DNA of 64,000 nucleotides from Enoplolaimus lenunculus (Eukaryota): NCBI GenBank assembly GCA_030248215.1, contig JASANG010003696.1, positions 62,001 to 126,000 of the forward strand, read 5' to 3'. Shown piece by piece: positions 27,901 to 41,510 of this stretch (position 1 is its first letter; each line of letters starts with the position of its first letter). The notes under the pieces were generated by a model. It saw only the letters and a program-made list of their open reading frames with translations, ran no database searches and was not told where the DNA came from. The position numbers and the translations under genes were made by a program.

Positions 27901-30495
27901 TCTATGACATATGATCGAGACGAGAAGGTATTTTAATTCATAATCATACCGTTTTTTACCAAAAATGTAAGCACGGAAGAAACATTCCAAATCCAACCCT
28001 GCTGATACTAATCTCAGTGCAGTGTAGCTACCGTGTACTTCTTTCTTTGTATTCAAGCCTTCATACCTGGACCATACGTCATGTATGTACCAACTATGGC
28101 ACCTGAATACGTCATATATATTCCCAAATCATCTACTTTTCCATACATACAAATATATAAATATATAAATACAGCCATTAAAACAATAACAAACATTCAT
28201 ATGTATCAAGCCTTCATACCTGGACCATACGTCATGTATGTACCAACTATGGCACCTGAATACGTCATATATATTCCCAAATCATCTACTTTTCCATACA
28301 TACAAATATATAAATATATAAATACAGCCATTAAAACAATAACAAACATTCATATGTATACTTTGCGAGCCAATTTCGAACAAATTACGTAAAACTATCG
28401 ATTGTACCTCATGAATACAATCTTACACGAAAATATTCGCTAACTTACGACGGAAAATATTGAGATTCAACAACAGTGAAATCCTGTAACAACAGATCTC
28501 TAGATGGTCGGTCCTTTTGAAGCGAATTTGAAATGCCCAGCTGAATAGCACCCATGATTGTTGATGTTGGCACCTAAATAAATTTGCCATATACAGTAAA
28601 AGAATTTCATATCACTGTGACGATATTATATTCTGATGACGATAGAGGCTAGGTGAATATTACGTTATGTTATAAAGTTGTCATTACCTTCATTGATCTA
28701 CTATTTTATTGTTTATGCATTTAGCGAAATATTCCAAAGCGCAACGCATCAACCAGTAAACCTTCCGCGAAATTTTTTTACTTTCGAAACCAAAACGCCT
28801 GCATACCTACTGGATACTATACACGTATTCGTCCTAGTACTAGGCCCAAGCCAAATACGCTTATACTAACAAAAACCACACTATCTACAAAACCCATGTA
28901 TTCCCAGAAAGTACCACTATAAAACCAAATCGCTTAGCCATTACTTTTATACAATACGTCATTAAGATATGGACACAAAATCATTGTTCAAACTAAATTT
29001 CCGAACGTGGATAAAACTGCCTAACATAATGCCAGATGAAAATACAAAAACGATCATCTGCTAGCTGTTAAGCGATTTGAGTTTGCAATCAAGGGCTTAA
29101 CCAGGGTGTTCACTGTGTAAAAAACCCCGCTTTTAAAATTTTTGCATAAGAAATTTTTTGAGCTCTTAACACCAGTAAACCCTTTCAAAATTTTCATATA
29201 ACGTAAATAGGGATGTGCCGATTAATCGGCATCGGCATCGGTAATAATCGGCATTTTTCGTGAGTATTGGCATCGGCATCGGCGCTGCAGAAAGATTGCC
29301 GATTCTTTGCCGGTACTTTTTGCACATAACAGTCAGTTGGAATGCTTTCAATTTCATTTCTGGGCGCACAATAGTGTGTCTGCTCAGGAAAATTGTTATC
29401 TCTCTTGAGTTTGTGTTTGAAAAAATTAATTGAAATTAACCGTTCTTATAAAATTATAATCGTTTATGATGGTTAGGGTTTAAGCATTCAAATAATAACG
29501 TAATGTAGTATTCTATCTGCTTATTAAACATGGTGTACTACAGTTGAAATCGGCATCGGTTCGGCAAATTTTTAATATAAGAATCGGCATCGGTATCGGC
29601 ATCGGCAAAAATTTTGGTATCGGCACATCCCTAAACGTAAATGTCCCTTCCAAAATTCCAACCACGCAATTACTTGAATACAATAAGCAAAAACATACTT
29701 TTTTGTAATACACGACACCGGTCTCTAAATCAACCACACGGTGTTTTAGTTTCTTTATTTCGGCAGTTTGAGGTGGTTGCTCACTGTTACGACTGCTTGT
29801 GCTGGCACCTTCAAAATTAATATTAACACTAGCTTTTTGAATTAAATAAAATTTTAATAAATACTTACATATAACTAGCTCACTAGAGTCCAACCGTTGT
29901 CAAGCAAAAATTATATGACGATGCATAATAAACAACAATTTTTGTGAATTTGTCATACCGCATGCATACTAATCGTAACCACAAGAACTCTAAAAACCTT
30001 ATACATAACATACGAATTGCAGAACATGTCACTAACCTGTCCCCAAAGTAACACGAGACGATTCTCTCTTGGCAGTGTTCGTAGGGTCCGCAGCACTTTC
30101 GTCATTTGCAACGCTTGTATCCTCCTGATTTAATACGAAAGTAAAATAAAACCGAGTGACATGTTACAACGCGGCCTGGCTACATTTTGCAACAAAAATC
30201 AGTGTAATTCATCAAAAACAACTAAATTGTGCAACCAGAATATGTACTGAACAAAAGACATCAAACTTAATTTAGATCACTTATTCGATGGATTATATTA
30301 CCGACAATTTAGGTTGTGTAACGAACAGCTTTAAACGACTTTGCTCAATTAAAAACTACGAAGCATTTCGACTGATTCACCCACTTTTATACAACTGAGT
30401 TTTACGCATACACATACAATCCAGAATACCGGGGAACTCAGTTATCACACAACGATAAGTATACTTACTTGATTACGAAACTTCACTGAAGCCAT
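12989..30495 (-). CDS. PIP5K1: Phosphatidylinositol-4-phosphate 5-kinase type I (PIP5K1 / ppk-1 ortholog), multi-exon
   Basis: Exons (- strand): 30495-30469, 30124-30037, 29808-29699 ([13 protein letters not shown]), 28573-28449 ([17 protein letters not shown]), 27662-27545 ([11 protein letters not shown]), 27183-27031 ([27 protein letters not shown]), 26333-26274 ([11 protein letters not shown]), 25885-25801 (MNNLLP..KYDLKG), 25423-25269 (STYKR..TLKDLDF), 24977-24897 ([13 protein letters not shown]), 18477-18369, 18200-18116, 17751-17619 ([19 protein letters not shown]), 17417-17324 ([13 protein letters not shown]), 17017-16955, 16721-16497, 13571-13114, 13003-12989 (NRRK*). The kinase core is firm; the C-terminal tail exons and the first two exons are less certain. 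Confidence 0.95.
18700..19130 (-). mobile_element. Degenerate 3' fragment of a non-LTR retrotransposon (C-terminal Cys/His knuckle) in a PIP5K intron
   Basis: Translation [37 protein letters not shown] fits the TGH..L..H...G......C..C....E...H.L..C motif at the end of LINE ORF2. The in-frame TGA indicates decay. Boundaries approximate. Confidence 0.75.
28053..28359. repeat. Perfect tandem duplication, 2 x 153 bp, intronic
   Basis: tcaagccttcatacctggacc... starts at 28053 and at 28206; it appears as a repeated 51-aa block in the spurious + ORF. Confidence 0.95.
29208..29633. mobile_element. hAT-like MITE with 8-bp TSD
   Basis: TIR tagggatgtgccgat...atcggcacatcccta; TSD aacgtaaa on both sides; subterminal (atcggc)n. 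Confidence 0.9.
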
Positions 30496-33400
30496 TTTGA
30501 CCACCTTCGAATTCTTACGAAAAATTTACACGTGACGAAAACTATTTAACAAATTATAACTGCATTAAAATCACACATCGATCGCAACCACAGTTAAAAA
30601 TTATCACATATTTACATAAACTACTAATTTCATAAAACGCTTTATACGCTAATTTAATTTAGCCTCTAAAGAATGTATTATATTGCAAATTTTAAAGCAC
30701 TGGATTCGGTGAACAGCAGCAAACGCATTAATAAATTAACCAGCAGTAAAATTATGGTAAGGTCAGGTATGAACGGTCTCGGTCAAAAAAGCGAGACCGA
30801 GATCCAACCTACCGAGACTGACACTTTTGATCTCGGTCTCGGTCAATTTTTAACCGTTACCGAAAAAAATAATATTTTTCTAACAAAACCCATTAAGATA
30901 TTTTATCTGCTCACTGCTCAGAATTGCCATTTAATTTATACAATTAAACTAATAAATCGCCGCTAAACTTTATTTTTTATTTTATTTATAACTTAGGAAC
31001 GGTGGCACAAACGCAACGATTGAAAACTTTAAAAACTATCTCCAACTCCAATTATAACAGACGTTCGGTTGCACACATGAAAATGAACGTAAGCGAATTA
31101 TATGCGACCGTCATTGTCAATATTAATGAAGACAATGCATGGTGATCTGAGCTGTGCAATTATATTTACTTGTTAACTTCCACACGCTCATACCTAAGTT
31201 GAAGCGTAAACCTACCACTAAGCCATCCATATCATAGTGTAGTTAATAAAATCATCACTGGAGGAACTTACTTGTATTAAAACAGTCATAGTATTGATCA
31301 AAGTAAACAAGTACCAATAGTTAGTATTTCACGAATGCGCATTTAGTCCACAAGACTGGCAAAACATTGCTGCGTGTTTTTCATCAGCTCCAACTCCAAC
31401 TAGCTCAGCTAATATCAATTGTTTATCGCTTTTTCCCCTCTTTGGTCTCGATGCCGTTGTATAGTTAGTATTCTAAACTTTTCACAGCTATTGACAAAAA
31501 ATTTGAATAATGGTAGTTGTTTATAATTACAGGAAAACGACTAAATTCAAGAAATATCGTTTTAATTAGGCAAATTGGCATGAATCTTAATAGCGTGTCG
31601 CATGCGGTTCATAAAATTGAACACTATTGGTACATGTGCATATGCTATGAGATACATTGTAATGTATGGATGCTTGCCGCCAGCGTACGATCGCCATATA
31701 GTCGACGATAAAAAGAGTTGAAATTACGGTATATATAGCGTGTACCTAAAATCCGTAGGTCGCCAGTTGAAACCCACCCTGGGGTGTTTTTGATGTCAAC
31801 AAATCAACATTGCAAATGTTTAAGTTTCTAACTTATTATTCAAATCATTCAAGGCGAATTTCATTACTATTGATCTTAGCCCTCAAGAGTACAATACCCA
31901 TACGCCGAACTCAAATTCTCCTAGCTAGGTAAATATATAGAATAACGTTCACAAACCACTCAAATAAATAAAAAACTTATACGATTTATACAGCTACAAA
32001 ATTATTGTTGACTATTATAACTGTAACAAACTTCGTTTAACTTAGCAAGAGTGAATCCAAGGTCGTTTCAACATAAGGGGTGATTCAAATTTATCTTTAT
32101 GCCATAAAACAAGCTTCGCACAAACTAGCTCACTTTTTACAAGAGTCAAACATCTGCTTTAGACAATTTGACGCGTGGTTATTGTCTTCCACATTATACA
32201 TGTGTTAACTTAACGCAATAGTCTCCCACCACTGAAGTTTATTTTTCAACCTGAGCCCGTATTGTCAAATGTGTGTAGCACCTTGCACCAGTTGGTGATA
32301 GTTCCTATAACTTTCGAAACAAGTGCATAGTGAGGTTTGGAATTTAGCACATTGTTCGCGTTTAATTTGCCTTACTTCTGCACAAAGTTGAGATCCGCAA
32401 TTGCACATGTTCTTTAGTTTGAAAACCTATCGTAAACTGCTGATAAGTGCTATACTTGTTTGGGAATATGGGCCCTTAAGCTCAGGTTTAGTGTATTAAG
32501 CTTTAGGTTTTATGCTTTCAGTTTTAAGGCTAACCTAAACCTAGCCTCTGCCTCTGGCCCAGGATAACCTCCGTAATTTCGTTGAAGGGCTTATGCATTG
32601 AGGCGAGTTTTTGTTTTGGGAAGCAAAACAAGTACCGACAATTTTGACACGTTTTCCCGAACGACTGGTCCAGCATGTGAATATTATCGGTGTTGAACCT
32701 AGATAAGCCTAAATCTTAGCAAGCAACGATTACATCTGCTATAGGCTGAGAAACATTTAGATATATGTTGTCGAAAATTTTCGCAAATAATATTTGACTG
32801 TCCATTTTTTCCTGATTCGGACTCAAAATAATGATCAACTGTTAGTTGTTTTTACTGAGGTCAACATTTTTTGTCGGAGCCCGTGCCAGAACATGAGTTA
32901 AACGTTAATATTCAAAATTAGGCAATAAAAATAATGCTAAATTCGCTATACTTTTTAACAATAAATCTGCAGTGTTTTCAACCACAAAGCAAGAAATCTT
33001 TTGAAAATTAAACGATCCAAAGTTACCCTAAAGTTACAATTAATTAACTCAGTGAGCGGCACAAGTTTTGCAAATATGTGTGTGAAAAATTTCGATACCG
33101 AAATTGCTGAAACCTCCAGCAAAAATTGTACTGAAACCAGGGTCAGATTTTGAAATATATACTGCTGATGCAAAACACTAAAAATTGTATCCTAAAGTTG
33201 ACTCATATAAAAGATCAAGGGCGCAAAGTTTTTCTGCTTGCATACAATATATAGAGTATGCAATAAAAACTTTAGACTAATTTTTTGCTTAGGTTTAGGC
33301 TTAGGTTGACGATTCGGTATAAGCACATTCTTATTCTTTGGCTTTTATAGGCTTAGGTTTTATAGGAATAATTTATGCTACAACTATGGCCAATAATATA

Positions 33401-33837
33401 TACATTGGCCCCAAAAATTATAGTAGAATTTGATATTATACAATGGTAAGCGCTCACACCCACTGCGAAACGTTGCCAGTTCTATTTTAAACGTTAATTT
33501 TACGTAAAAATAGGCTATTTAAAATCTCTGTAGATTAGCAAAACTTGCTGTATTGTTCAAGTTAAAAGTTATTTTCCTAAACGACAAAATAAAGTTTATA
33601 ATTGCGTGTGCTCTGACACAATTTTCGCCCTGTATTTTAAGGTGTGGTCACCGCGCTTGGCAATGTTTTTGTCTGAAAAACCTTAAAAATATTTCAGCTG
33701 GTTAATTTTAAAATTGTTTAGCGTTAAAAAATTACAAATAGTCAATGTTTTTTGTTAATATAAAAACTTCGTTATCTTCCATTTTACTTCGGTAAAACAC
33801 ATTTCGAAGATATTTGGCTCTAAAATTTTTGTATACA

Positions 33838-34373
33838 TACTGCAAAAAATGGTGAATCAAATTGACTCTCTCCAAAACAGGCTTTTCCGAATTGCGCAAA
33901 CTGAGTCAAAATTCGTGTCCGCCAGAGTCAAATAGGACTCTGTTTGTGTGGTCCGGAAATGCCCATTCGTAAAGAGTTAGTTTGACTCACCATTTTGTGT
34001 AGTGCAGAGTCTTACAGCAATTGATTGTTTACCACAGTCACCCAGTGTCCCTGTCTCCCACTGGAAAGGCCCTTTGTACTTGACGTGGGCCAGACAAATG
34101 TAGAGACGTGGCAACTAACAAACTTATATATCGATACAGATATGTGGTCAATGTAGAGAATAGAACGGTAAACAGAGTATAAGTATATTCCAAAGCTTAT
34201 AAGCCTGCACTGCAAAAAATGGTGACTGAACTTGACTATCTCCGAATACGGCTCTACTGGACTACACAAACTGAGAGTCAAATTAGACTCTGCCAGAGTC
34301 AAATTCGACTCACTTGTAGACCAGTAGAGCCTATTTTGGAGAGAGTCAATTTGATTCACCATTTTTTGCAGCG
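33838..34373. mobile_element. Two adjacent copies of MITE family A (33838-34004, 34208-34373)
   Basis: (c/t)actgcaaaaaatggtga...tcaccattttt..g termini as at 6869-7066. Confidence 0.8.
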
Positions 34374-35003
34374 TAGCTTAAATTAACGTTAAAGCTTAAG
34401 CTTCCCACAGAAAAATTTCCGTCCATCGTCTATATATAGGCTAAAGATCTAAATAATTACGCGCATACTACAGTTGCTCAATGACGTTGGTTCTCTGTAT
34501 TGTTTTTGCATCGACAGACTGAAAGAGCTGTGAATCGATGCAAACCTTGCTTCAGTTTTATTTCAACCAATGAAATAAATTTATTAGTTGTTTTTACCGT
34601 TCGTTTGATTTTTCGCAGGAAGATTTCGCTTAAAATCTGGTTGCCAAAAAGGCTAAAAATACAAATAGAATTGTTAGATCAAAGGTAAACAGAAAACTTG
34701 CTAAAATATGAAGCGTTGCTGAAAAAATTGCTCTGTACCCATATGGGTAACAAACCGAAGACTAGTTACCCATAGCTACAAACGTAAGGTACCCAGATTG
34801 GTAATAGCTAGCTAAAAATGTATACATATGGGTTGTTTCTACCTCCTACTATGGGTAGGTGACATAACAGGTACCAAGTGCACAATTGGTAACGTGAACC
34901 GCGTATAAATCGAGTCACTCGTGGTAGTAGTGTATTTTTAAATATATTTCAGAAGTTAATTTTAACAATAATTCAGTTTCTGCTTTCACCGACTGCGAAG
35001 AAT

Positions 35004-36019
35004 ATGGCACAAGTACTCAAATTAATTTCTGTCGTGATTTTGTTATGTTTCAGCTTGAAAGAAGGCAAGTCAAATGCTGGAGTGCTGGAGTGCTCGCTAA
35101 TTCTTTGAAAAGCTGAAACTTACAATTATGAAGCTAATTTTAAGTGAATTGCTCAAGGTTAATAATTGAAAGCTTGTAGTGGAAACGAGAAAGTTTGAAA
35201 CGGACACTAGTATTTCGGCTGAACTTATGTTCTGTTTGCCCTATACAGTATCTCCAGAATCAATTCTTGAAGTTGTAATATTTTAAAATGGTGTCCCCTG
35301 CTATAAAAATAGCATTTTCGCGTTCATACGATTTTGATGACAGAAACTTAATTAGAATATTTCATTCTTGTAATAAAATGCTCCTTACGGTAAATTCCAG
35401 TAAGTTGATTAATCAACTCAGAGAGGAAATTAGTTAATTTTTGGCCATTTCTGAGTCAATAGCACTAAATATTAACTCACTCTGAGCTCATTCAATTCCG
35501 GGTGAATTGATTAATTATCTCAGAATGAATTAAACCAATTCACAATTCTGAGTTCTGAAAGACCTGATTCAGAGCTTAGGCTTCTGAGTGGATTAAACTC
35601 ATTCTGTGTTAAAATCAACTCACTGGCATTTACAGTGTATAGCAACTTTTGTTTGATTCAGAATAACAAGAGCGAGTCTTATTATAATTTGTATTGGTTT
35701 GTGAGAGGTTTTTATACTACTTTAAAAATTCCATAATTTCGCTATCATTAAAGGCAATTTTCCAGGCACGGCACACTATCCGTACCACTACCGGAACTAT
35801 AATCGAAATAGTATGTTATGGCCGATGTTGATGTTATCAGGCGGAGGATTGGCAGGTCAGCGAGTCTATGGCGCAAATGTATGGCCGTACGTTGTACAGA
35901 ATAATATGTTGGCCGCTATGCAGAATCCGTCCGGACAAAATTTGATGAATCAATACTTAATGATGTCAATGCTACAGCCAAGATCAAGAAGTTTGCTCAA
36001 TCGTATGCTGTTTGGATGA
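35004..36019 (+). CDS. Small secreted peptide precursor A (104 aa), two exons, GC-AG intron
   Basis: Exon 1 35004-35064 MAQVLKLISVVILLCFSLKE|G (signal-peptide-like; donor GAAG/gcaagt). Exon 2 35766-36019 (ttttccag/) GTAHYPYHYRNYNRNSMLWPMLMLSGGGLAGQRVYGANVWPYVVQNNMLAAMQNPSGQNLMNQYLMMSMLQPRSRSLLNRMLFG*. Clear paralog at 41511-41969. Confidence 0.85.
35386..35637. mobile_element. MITE family B copy inside the intron of peptide gene A
   Basis: acggtaaattccagtaagttga...cactggcatttacagtg; similar to 36326-36578. Confidence 0.75.
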
Positions 36020-36325
36020 ATTTAAGCTCAACGATAGCTCACACACCGACTGGCGTTTCCAGAAAATTGAAAAAGCGAGTCATGTTGTATAAAAACTAAT
36101 GTAGACAACAGGACCGTAACAGTTGTATATAAGCGTATTCCTAAGCCTAACTTAAACCTAAACCTAAGCGTATGTATGAGCGCATACCTCAGTGTAAGCC
36201 TAAACCTAAGCAAAAAAGTTAGTCTACAGCATAAGTTGACTCCGTTGCAGTTCCATAGAAAAACGTTCCAGGCCAAATTTTTAAAAGGGGTTGCTTGTGT
36301 TCCTTTACAATCTGAAAAAGTGTCT

Positions 36326-36578
36326 CGATGTAAATTTCAGTGAGTTGATTAAATCAACTCAGAAAGAATTAGTTATTTCTGGTTGCTTCTGAGTTAATAT
36401 AATAACAATAAATATTGACTCAGTCTGAGCTGATTTAATTATGGATTAGTTGATTAATTAACTCAGAATGAGCTCAAGCAATTCAGAGTTCTGAGTTCTG
36501 AAATACATGGTTCAGAGCTCAAACTTCTGAGTGAATTAAACTCATTGAGTTAAAATCAAGCCACTCAAATTTACAGTG
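36326..36578. mobile_element. MITE family B copy
   Basis: tgtaaatttcagtgagttga...aatttacagtg termini. Confidence 0.75.
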
Positions 36579-37584
36579 TAACTTCCTTTACAAACATCCC
36601 AGAAACCCGAGCGACGTCTTCACCGAGACCGAATTTAAAATGCTGAATACTCAGGGTGCGACAATATGTGAAAAATACGGGAGCGAAAGTAAACACAGTT
36701 AACCGGATATGGACGTAATGCAAAATCATCGGAACAGCTAAAAGGAAGTTTAATTTTTAATTTTGCCAGTAATCTGTAAACTATTGTCAAAAATTTATTT
36801 AGAGCGGCTGTAAATTTCAGTGAGTTGATTTTAACTCAAAATGAGTTGAATTAGTCAGTCTGCGTTAGGACTATCAGAACTCAAAGTTAAATTTGAGTTG
36901 ATTCAATTCATTTTAAGTTATTTGAGTTAACCAACTCAGCCAGGGTCAACTGAACTCCAGAGTAAGAATCAACTCAACTCAGAGTGAGACGGAAATTCAA
37001 ACAATGAGCTGGCCGGAACCTGTTGCAATGTTTCTAACATTAGCTGTTTTCTTGCCGGAGCCGGAAGCATGCATATATGCATACGTTTCCAGCTGTATCC
37101 TGCGCCGAACGCTTCTGCAAACTGTAAATATGCAATATACACTATATATCTTTCGGTATGCTTGTGTGTATTTTCTTATACAAATGTAAAAAGTTTATGA
37201 ATATTTGCGTTGTTTTCCCTCGTATCCTGTGATATTTCTGGTTCCAGTTTCTGGTTATAACATTCTTCCAGCAGAGCCTCCAAAACCACGCCCCAAAAAC
37301 AAAAACCCCCCCCCCACTACCGCACCCCCCCACACCCCCCCCCCAAGGCTAGCTAAACTGTTGTTGCGAAACTGTGTGCGAACATTTTGCTTTAAATAAA
37401 AAATATCCGCATAGAGTTTATTGCATTGTTGGACATTTTGTATACAGCTTGCGCATTATGTTTACATTAAATATAGTGTCGCGCGAACTGTCGGACTTTA
37501 TCGTTAAAGTCTAAAAGATGTCGCCAGAAAGCGCTAAATAAGATAATTTGCCACGTACATTTGTGGTTTCTGCATGTAATTTTC

Positions 37585-38017
37585 TCGTTAAATTTAATTT
37601 CCCGCCAAAATTTGAATTTTCATCATAAATTTCAGTTTCCCGCTAAAACTCTTGAATTTCCCGCCCAAATTAAAATTTTCCCGCCAAAATTTTAATTTTT
37701 CCGCCAAAATGTAAATTTTCCCGCCAATATTTAAATTTTTCCGACAAAATTTGAATTTTCCCTCCAAAATTTTAATGTCCCACCAAAATTAGAATTTTCA
37801 TCCAAAATTTAAATTTTCTTGCCAAAAATAAAATTTCTCGCCAAAATTGGAATTTTCTGCCAAAATTTCAATTTTCTCGCCAAAATTAGAATTTCCCGCC
37901 AAAATTTGAATTTCCCACAGAAATCTGAATTTTTCCGCCAAAATTTGAATTTCCGCACTAAAATTTTAATTTCCCGTCAAAATCTAAATTTTCCGCCAAA
38001 ATTGAATTTCCCCGCCA
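37585..38017. repeat. Minisatellite, ~20-bp unit (aaaatttgaattttcccgcc consensus), about 20 degenerate copies
   Basis: Direct tandem periodicity visible by eye. Confidence 0.9.
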
Positions 38018-38591
38018 AGGTGTCTCTCTCTAGTGTATCTGTCACATAAAAATATTGTCCACTACACTGATTTTTCAAACATTTCAATGTCTTAGACAGT
38101 CTTTTACTGCAAATCAGTTTGGTCCAGATAGCGTTTTCGAGAAACTCTACAATGTCCGCGACTGGCTGTGATACTACCGGAGAATAAAGAGTTTCGATAA
38201 AACATAAACCGGATAAGCTAAGGACTTTCTTTGGGAAGGAGACATTTTGTGTTCGGCGTGCCCGTATGGTACCTAACGTGTGACCGGCACAATCAGGACA
38301 ATTTTCAACAGTTTTCAAGAAGTGTTGATAAGCCAAACTCAGTACAAAAAGTTGCACTTTTATGAACATCTAGTTGTAGCAGTAAGAACCGGTGTGTCGA
38401 GCAAAGCAGCATCAAAAAGCCAAAAAATCGATGAACAATTCAATCTCGAATACCAAAAGCAATATTTAACCTTTTCAACCACATCGTCTTCTGTGATTCG
38501 TTAAACATTTCCTGAGCTGCTCTGCTTTCAATATTTTGCGCTGCTATAGTTTGAATATCTGTGCAACTTTTCAGGGTGTTTTTAAATATAC

Positions 38592-38628
38592 AATAATAAT
38601 ATTAATAATAATAATAATACTAATGATG

Positions 38629-38685
<57 letters not shown>

Positions 38686-38730
38686 TTTATATTATTATTA
38701 ATAATAATAATAATAATTAATAATAATATT
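38592..38730. repeat. (ATA)n microsatellite
   Basis: Long run of aat/ata trinucleotides; source of the spurious poly-Ile ORF. Confidence 0.95.
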
Positions 38731-40018
38731 AATACATTTCAGACTTTTCTATTTATCTTATGTTTCTATGTAAAACAGTTAACACGAATCATTGCAATAT
38801 TAAGCAGTTTTGACTGGATTAAATGTTTGACTGTAACTTGAAAATTAGGTACATTTTTTGACCATATTCCAAATGTGTGTAGCACCTGGCACCTACATTG
38901 CAAAATGTTTGATGTTTGTAACCTATCCTAAACATATGCAAAAAAATAGTCTAAAGCTTACGCTTAAGTCTTGCGGAAAATACTCCACTCCTCAGCAATA
39001 TATACATTACCAATAATTATTAGCATACTTTTTAAATGAGTTTATGATGCATGTCAGCAGAGTTAGAAGAGGCTGTGGCTAGTTTATTTGCTAACAGCTT
39101 TAGGTGTCACACTCATAAATATATATTACTTGGCCTGCGGGGGGTAACAAGTATATATCCCCAAACTTTCTGGCAAGATTTTAAACAAATACATCCAGGC
39201 AAAGCATAAATACAGCTGTTGTATGAAAAACCATATTTCGATTAACTTAAAATAGTCAAAAATCATTTCACATCTTATGGAAAATTCGCTGTTTTTCGCA
39301 TCAGAAAAAAGTTTTTATGTTTCTTGCGACAGATATGAATTGTTGATTGCGCATGACCTGACGTTGAGACTAAAACCAACGTTTAGGGTGTGGTCTTTAG
39401 CGCAGGTGTAAATTAATGTTTTAACGATAATAACAATTTTAGGTTTCAAAAGATGCCGATTGGTTAAAAATTTGGCGTTTAAAATGTCGAAAAATGCGAA
39501 ATATAGCAAAAGTATAAATTATGTATTTTTCGATTAAAATAAATAAGTTTAAAAATTTTTTGGTTAAACTTTTGCTGCCCAAAGTATTCACAAACGCCCA
39601 GTTGTTTGATTTTGAAACCCGCAGTGTCTTTGTTAGGTTCTCATACTATTTTTGGGTTAATTTTTAATTTTTGCTGTATAATTTGTAATATATAGAAGTC
39701 TTAAGTCTATTTTCTGCGTTAATATCGCAATCTTGAGGACCTTTTATTGTCGTATGTATTTGTGAGCCATACGGTCCTTAATATTTTGATTTTGTAGATT
39801 ATTGTTAAAATCAACACATTCAACATCATATCAAAAACATCATTTGGTTTCACCTCCCGAACAGGATTTGTATTTGGCAAATTTCCATCTTCAAGCTTGG
39901 CTTTGATCTTTGTTTTCAATTTAAAAATTTGTTTGAACTACTAATATTAGCTTCTTACTCAGCTCCGATTTCAGCTCTGTGTTCGATTCAACTCAAGCTC
40001 CGGCACGGACCTGAGTTA

Positions 40019-40454
40019 CTGTATTGACCCGAATAAGAGGACGGGGGGTAATAAGAGGGTGGTCCCCATTTTGAGTCCAAATCAATAGGAGTCCGTATCC
40101 CTAAGAAGAGTCCATAAACGGATTGACTCCATAAACCCAAATTAGAGTCCATAAATGTCAATTATCCTAACTGTAGCGCATAAATGACTCCAGGACCAAA
40201 TAAGGTTGAATTCGAAACTTTAAAGTGTACTTAAATTTTGAAATTACATTTTTGAGTATAATCATGCATTATCGCTCAAGCTATTGACACAAGACAAACG
40301 TTTAATTCAACGGATAATTGCAATACCGAATATATCAATAACAAAGGATGGAGGAGCGTGGGTTGAAAATAAATAAGAGTCTTTAATCGAATAACAGTAT
40401 CATACCCTTTGGCCAAATGAATATCAGTCCCCCCTCTTATTCGGGTCAATACAG
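40019..40454. mobile_element. Tc1/mariner-type MITE (TA-flanked)
   Basis: TA-ctgtattgacccgaataagagg ... cctcttattcgggtcaatacag-TA; perfect 22-bp TIR. Confidence 0.85.
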
Positions 40455-40701
40455 TACGTTTTTTCACCTTCAGTTGTACCAAGAGTGGATAAGATTTAAC
40501 AAGAGTATGCAACTTCTTTAGGCCGTGCATGGCATGAAATGTACCAGCACGCGTTGTATTTTTTCATTGTCTCCATGTTTAGGGGGTCGATATATCAGAT
40601 ACAATATACCCCTAAATTAAATCATAAGCGAAGCATTTCTGATGCCGCATATTTTACAGTGCCATGTTTCGCACAAGTTGTACCCTCAATATACACAGAA
40701 T

Positions 40702-41110
40702 CAGGGTGCAATCGGAATTATAAAATACCGGAACTGGAAAATCTAAAAAAACCGGAACCGGAGCGGGAAGCGGAAAACTAAAAATACATGTTACCGAAAA
40801 ATTAAATTTTAACACTACTTTATCGGCTTCAATGCTGTAAGTAAACACACCATTTAAAACGCAAAAATCATGAAACAAATGCAGTAGGTGGAAACGTATG
40901 ACAATGAAGTATGACACAAATTGAAAATTTTGGCAATACAAGTTCACACAAGTATAGAAAAATTAGTTCGAATAATTTGCCAATTTTTGTTAAATTTTCG
41001 CATAAGAAAAATTTTTAATGCCGAAAATACCGGGAAATTCCGGCGAAAAAATACCAGGTTTTATTACCGGTACAGGATAGTGAAAATACCGGAATTCCAA
41101 TTGTACCCTG
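40702..41110. mobile_element. hAT-like MITE, family C (CAGGGTGCAA termini), diverged copy
   Basis: cagggtgcaatcggaatt...aattccaattgtaccctg; imperfect TSD cacagaat/tgcagaat. Confidence 0.75.
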
Positions 41111-41510
41111 TGCAGAATATATAAGTACCCAATTGCACGCTCTTGTTATAAAGAGCATTATCCGCTCTTGGTTTTATACACAGAATATATCCAGTTGCAC
41201 ACTCTTGTAAAATGAATCATTTATCGACTCTTGGCTGTACTAAATACTGTCAAGCTTCAAAATCTTGCATTCTAAAAACGGTTAGCATAATGGCTTTAAT
41301 GGGAAACTGCATGCACCTACAGTACATCGATACACTGGCTCTACGAACACACATTTTTAGTGTTAAACATGCCCAAAAGTATCTTAGATTTGGTTGCTTT
41401 TTGCCATATAAAAATAACCATAAATTCGAAAAATATTACAAAATTAACTTTCCTATTTCAGATCTTTAAATAAGATTTAAGCGTCTCTTGCTACACAGAC
41501 CGCAGGCAAA

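Noticed and set aside
28033..28392. 119-aa ORF with an internal 51-aa repeat
   Set aside because: By-product of a 153-bp tandem duplication antisense within a PIP5K intron; no homology or splice support.
37819..38049. Repetitive ORF (QNLNF units)
   Set aside because: Translation of the 20-bp minisatellite.
38536..38841. Poly-Ile membrane-like ORF
   Set aside because: Translation of an (ATA)n microsatellite.
32266..38894. Shared ~24-bp motif caaatgtgtgtagcacct(t/g)gcacc at ~32266 and ~38870, and ORF 37977-38369
   Set aside because: Probably relics of an old transposon; no consistent reading frame or recognisable domain.
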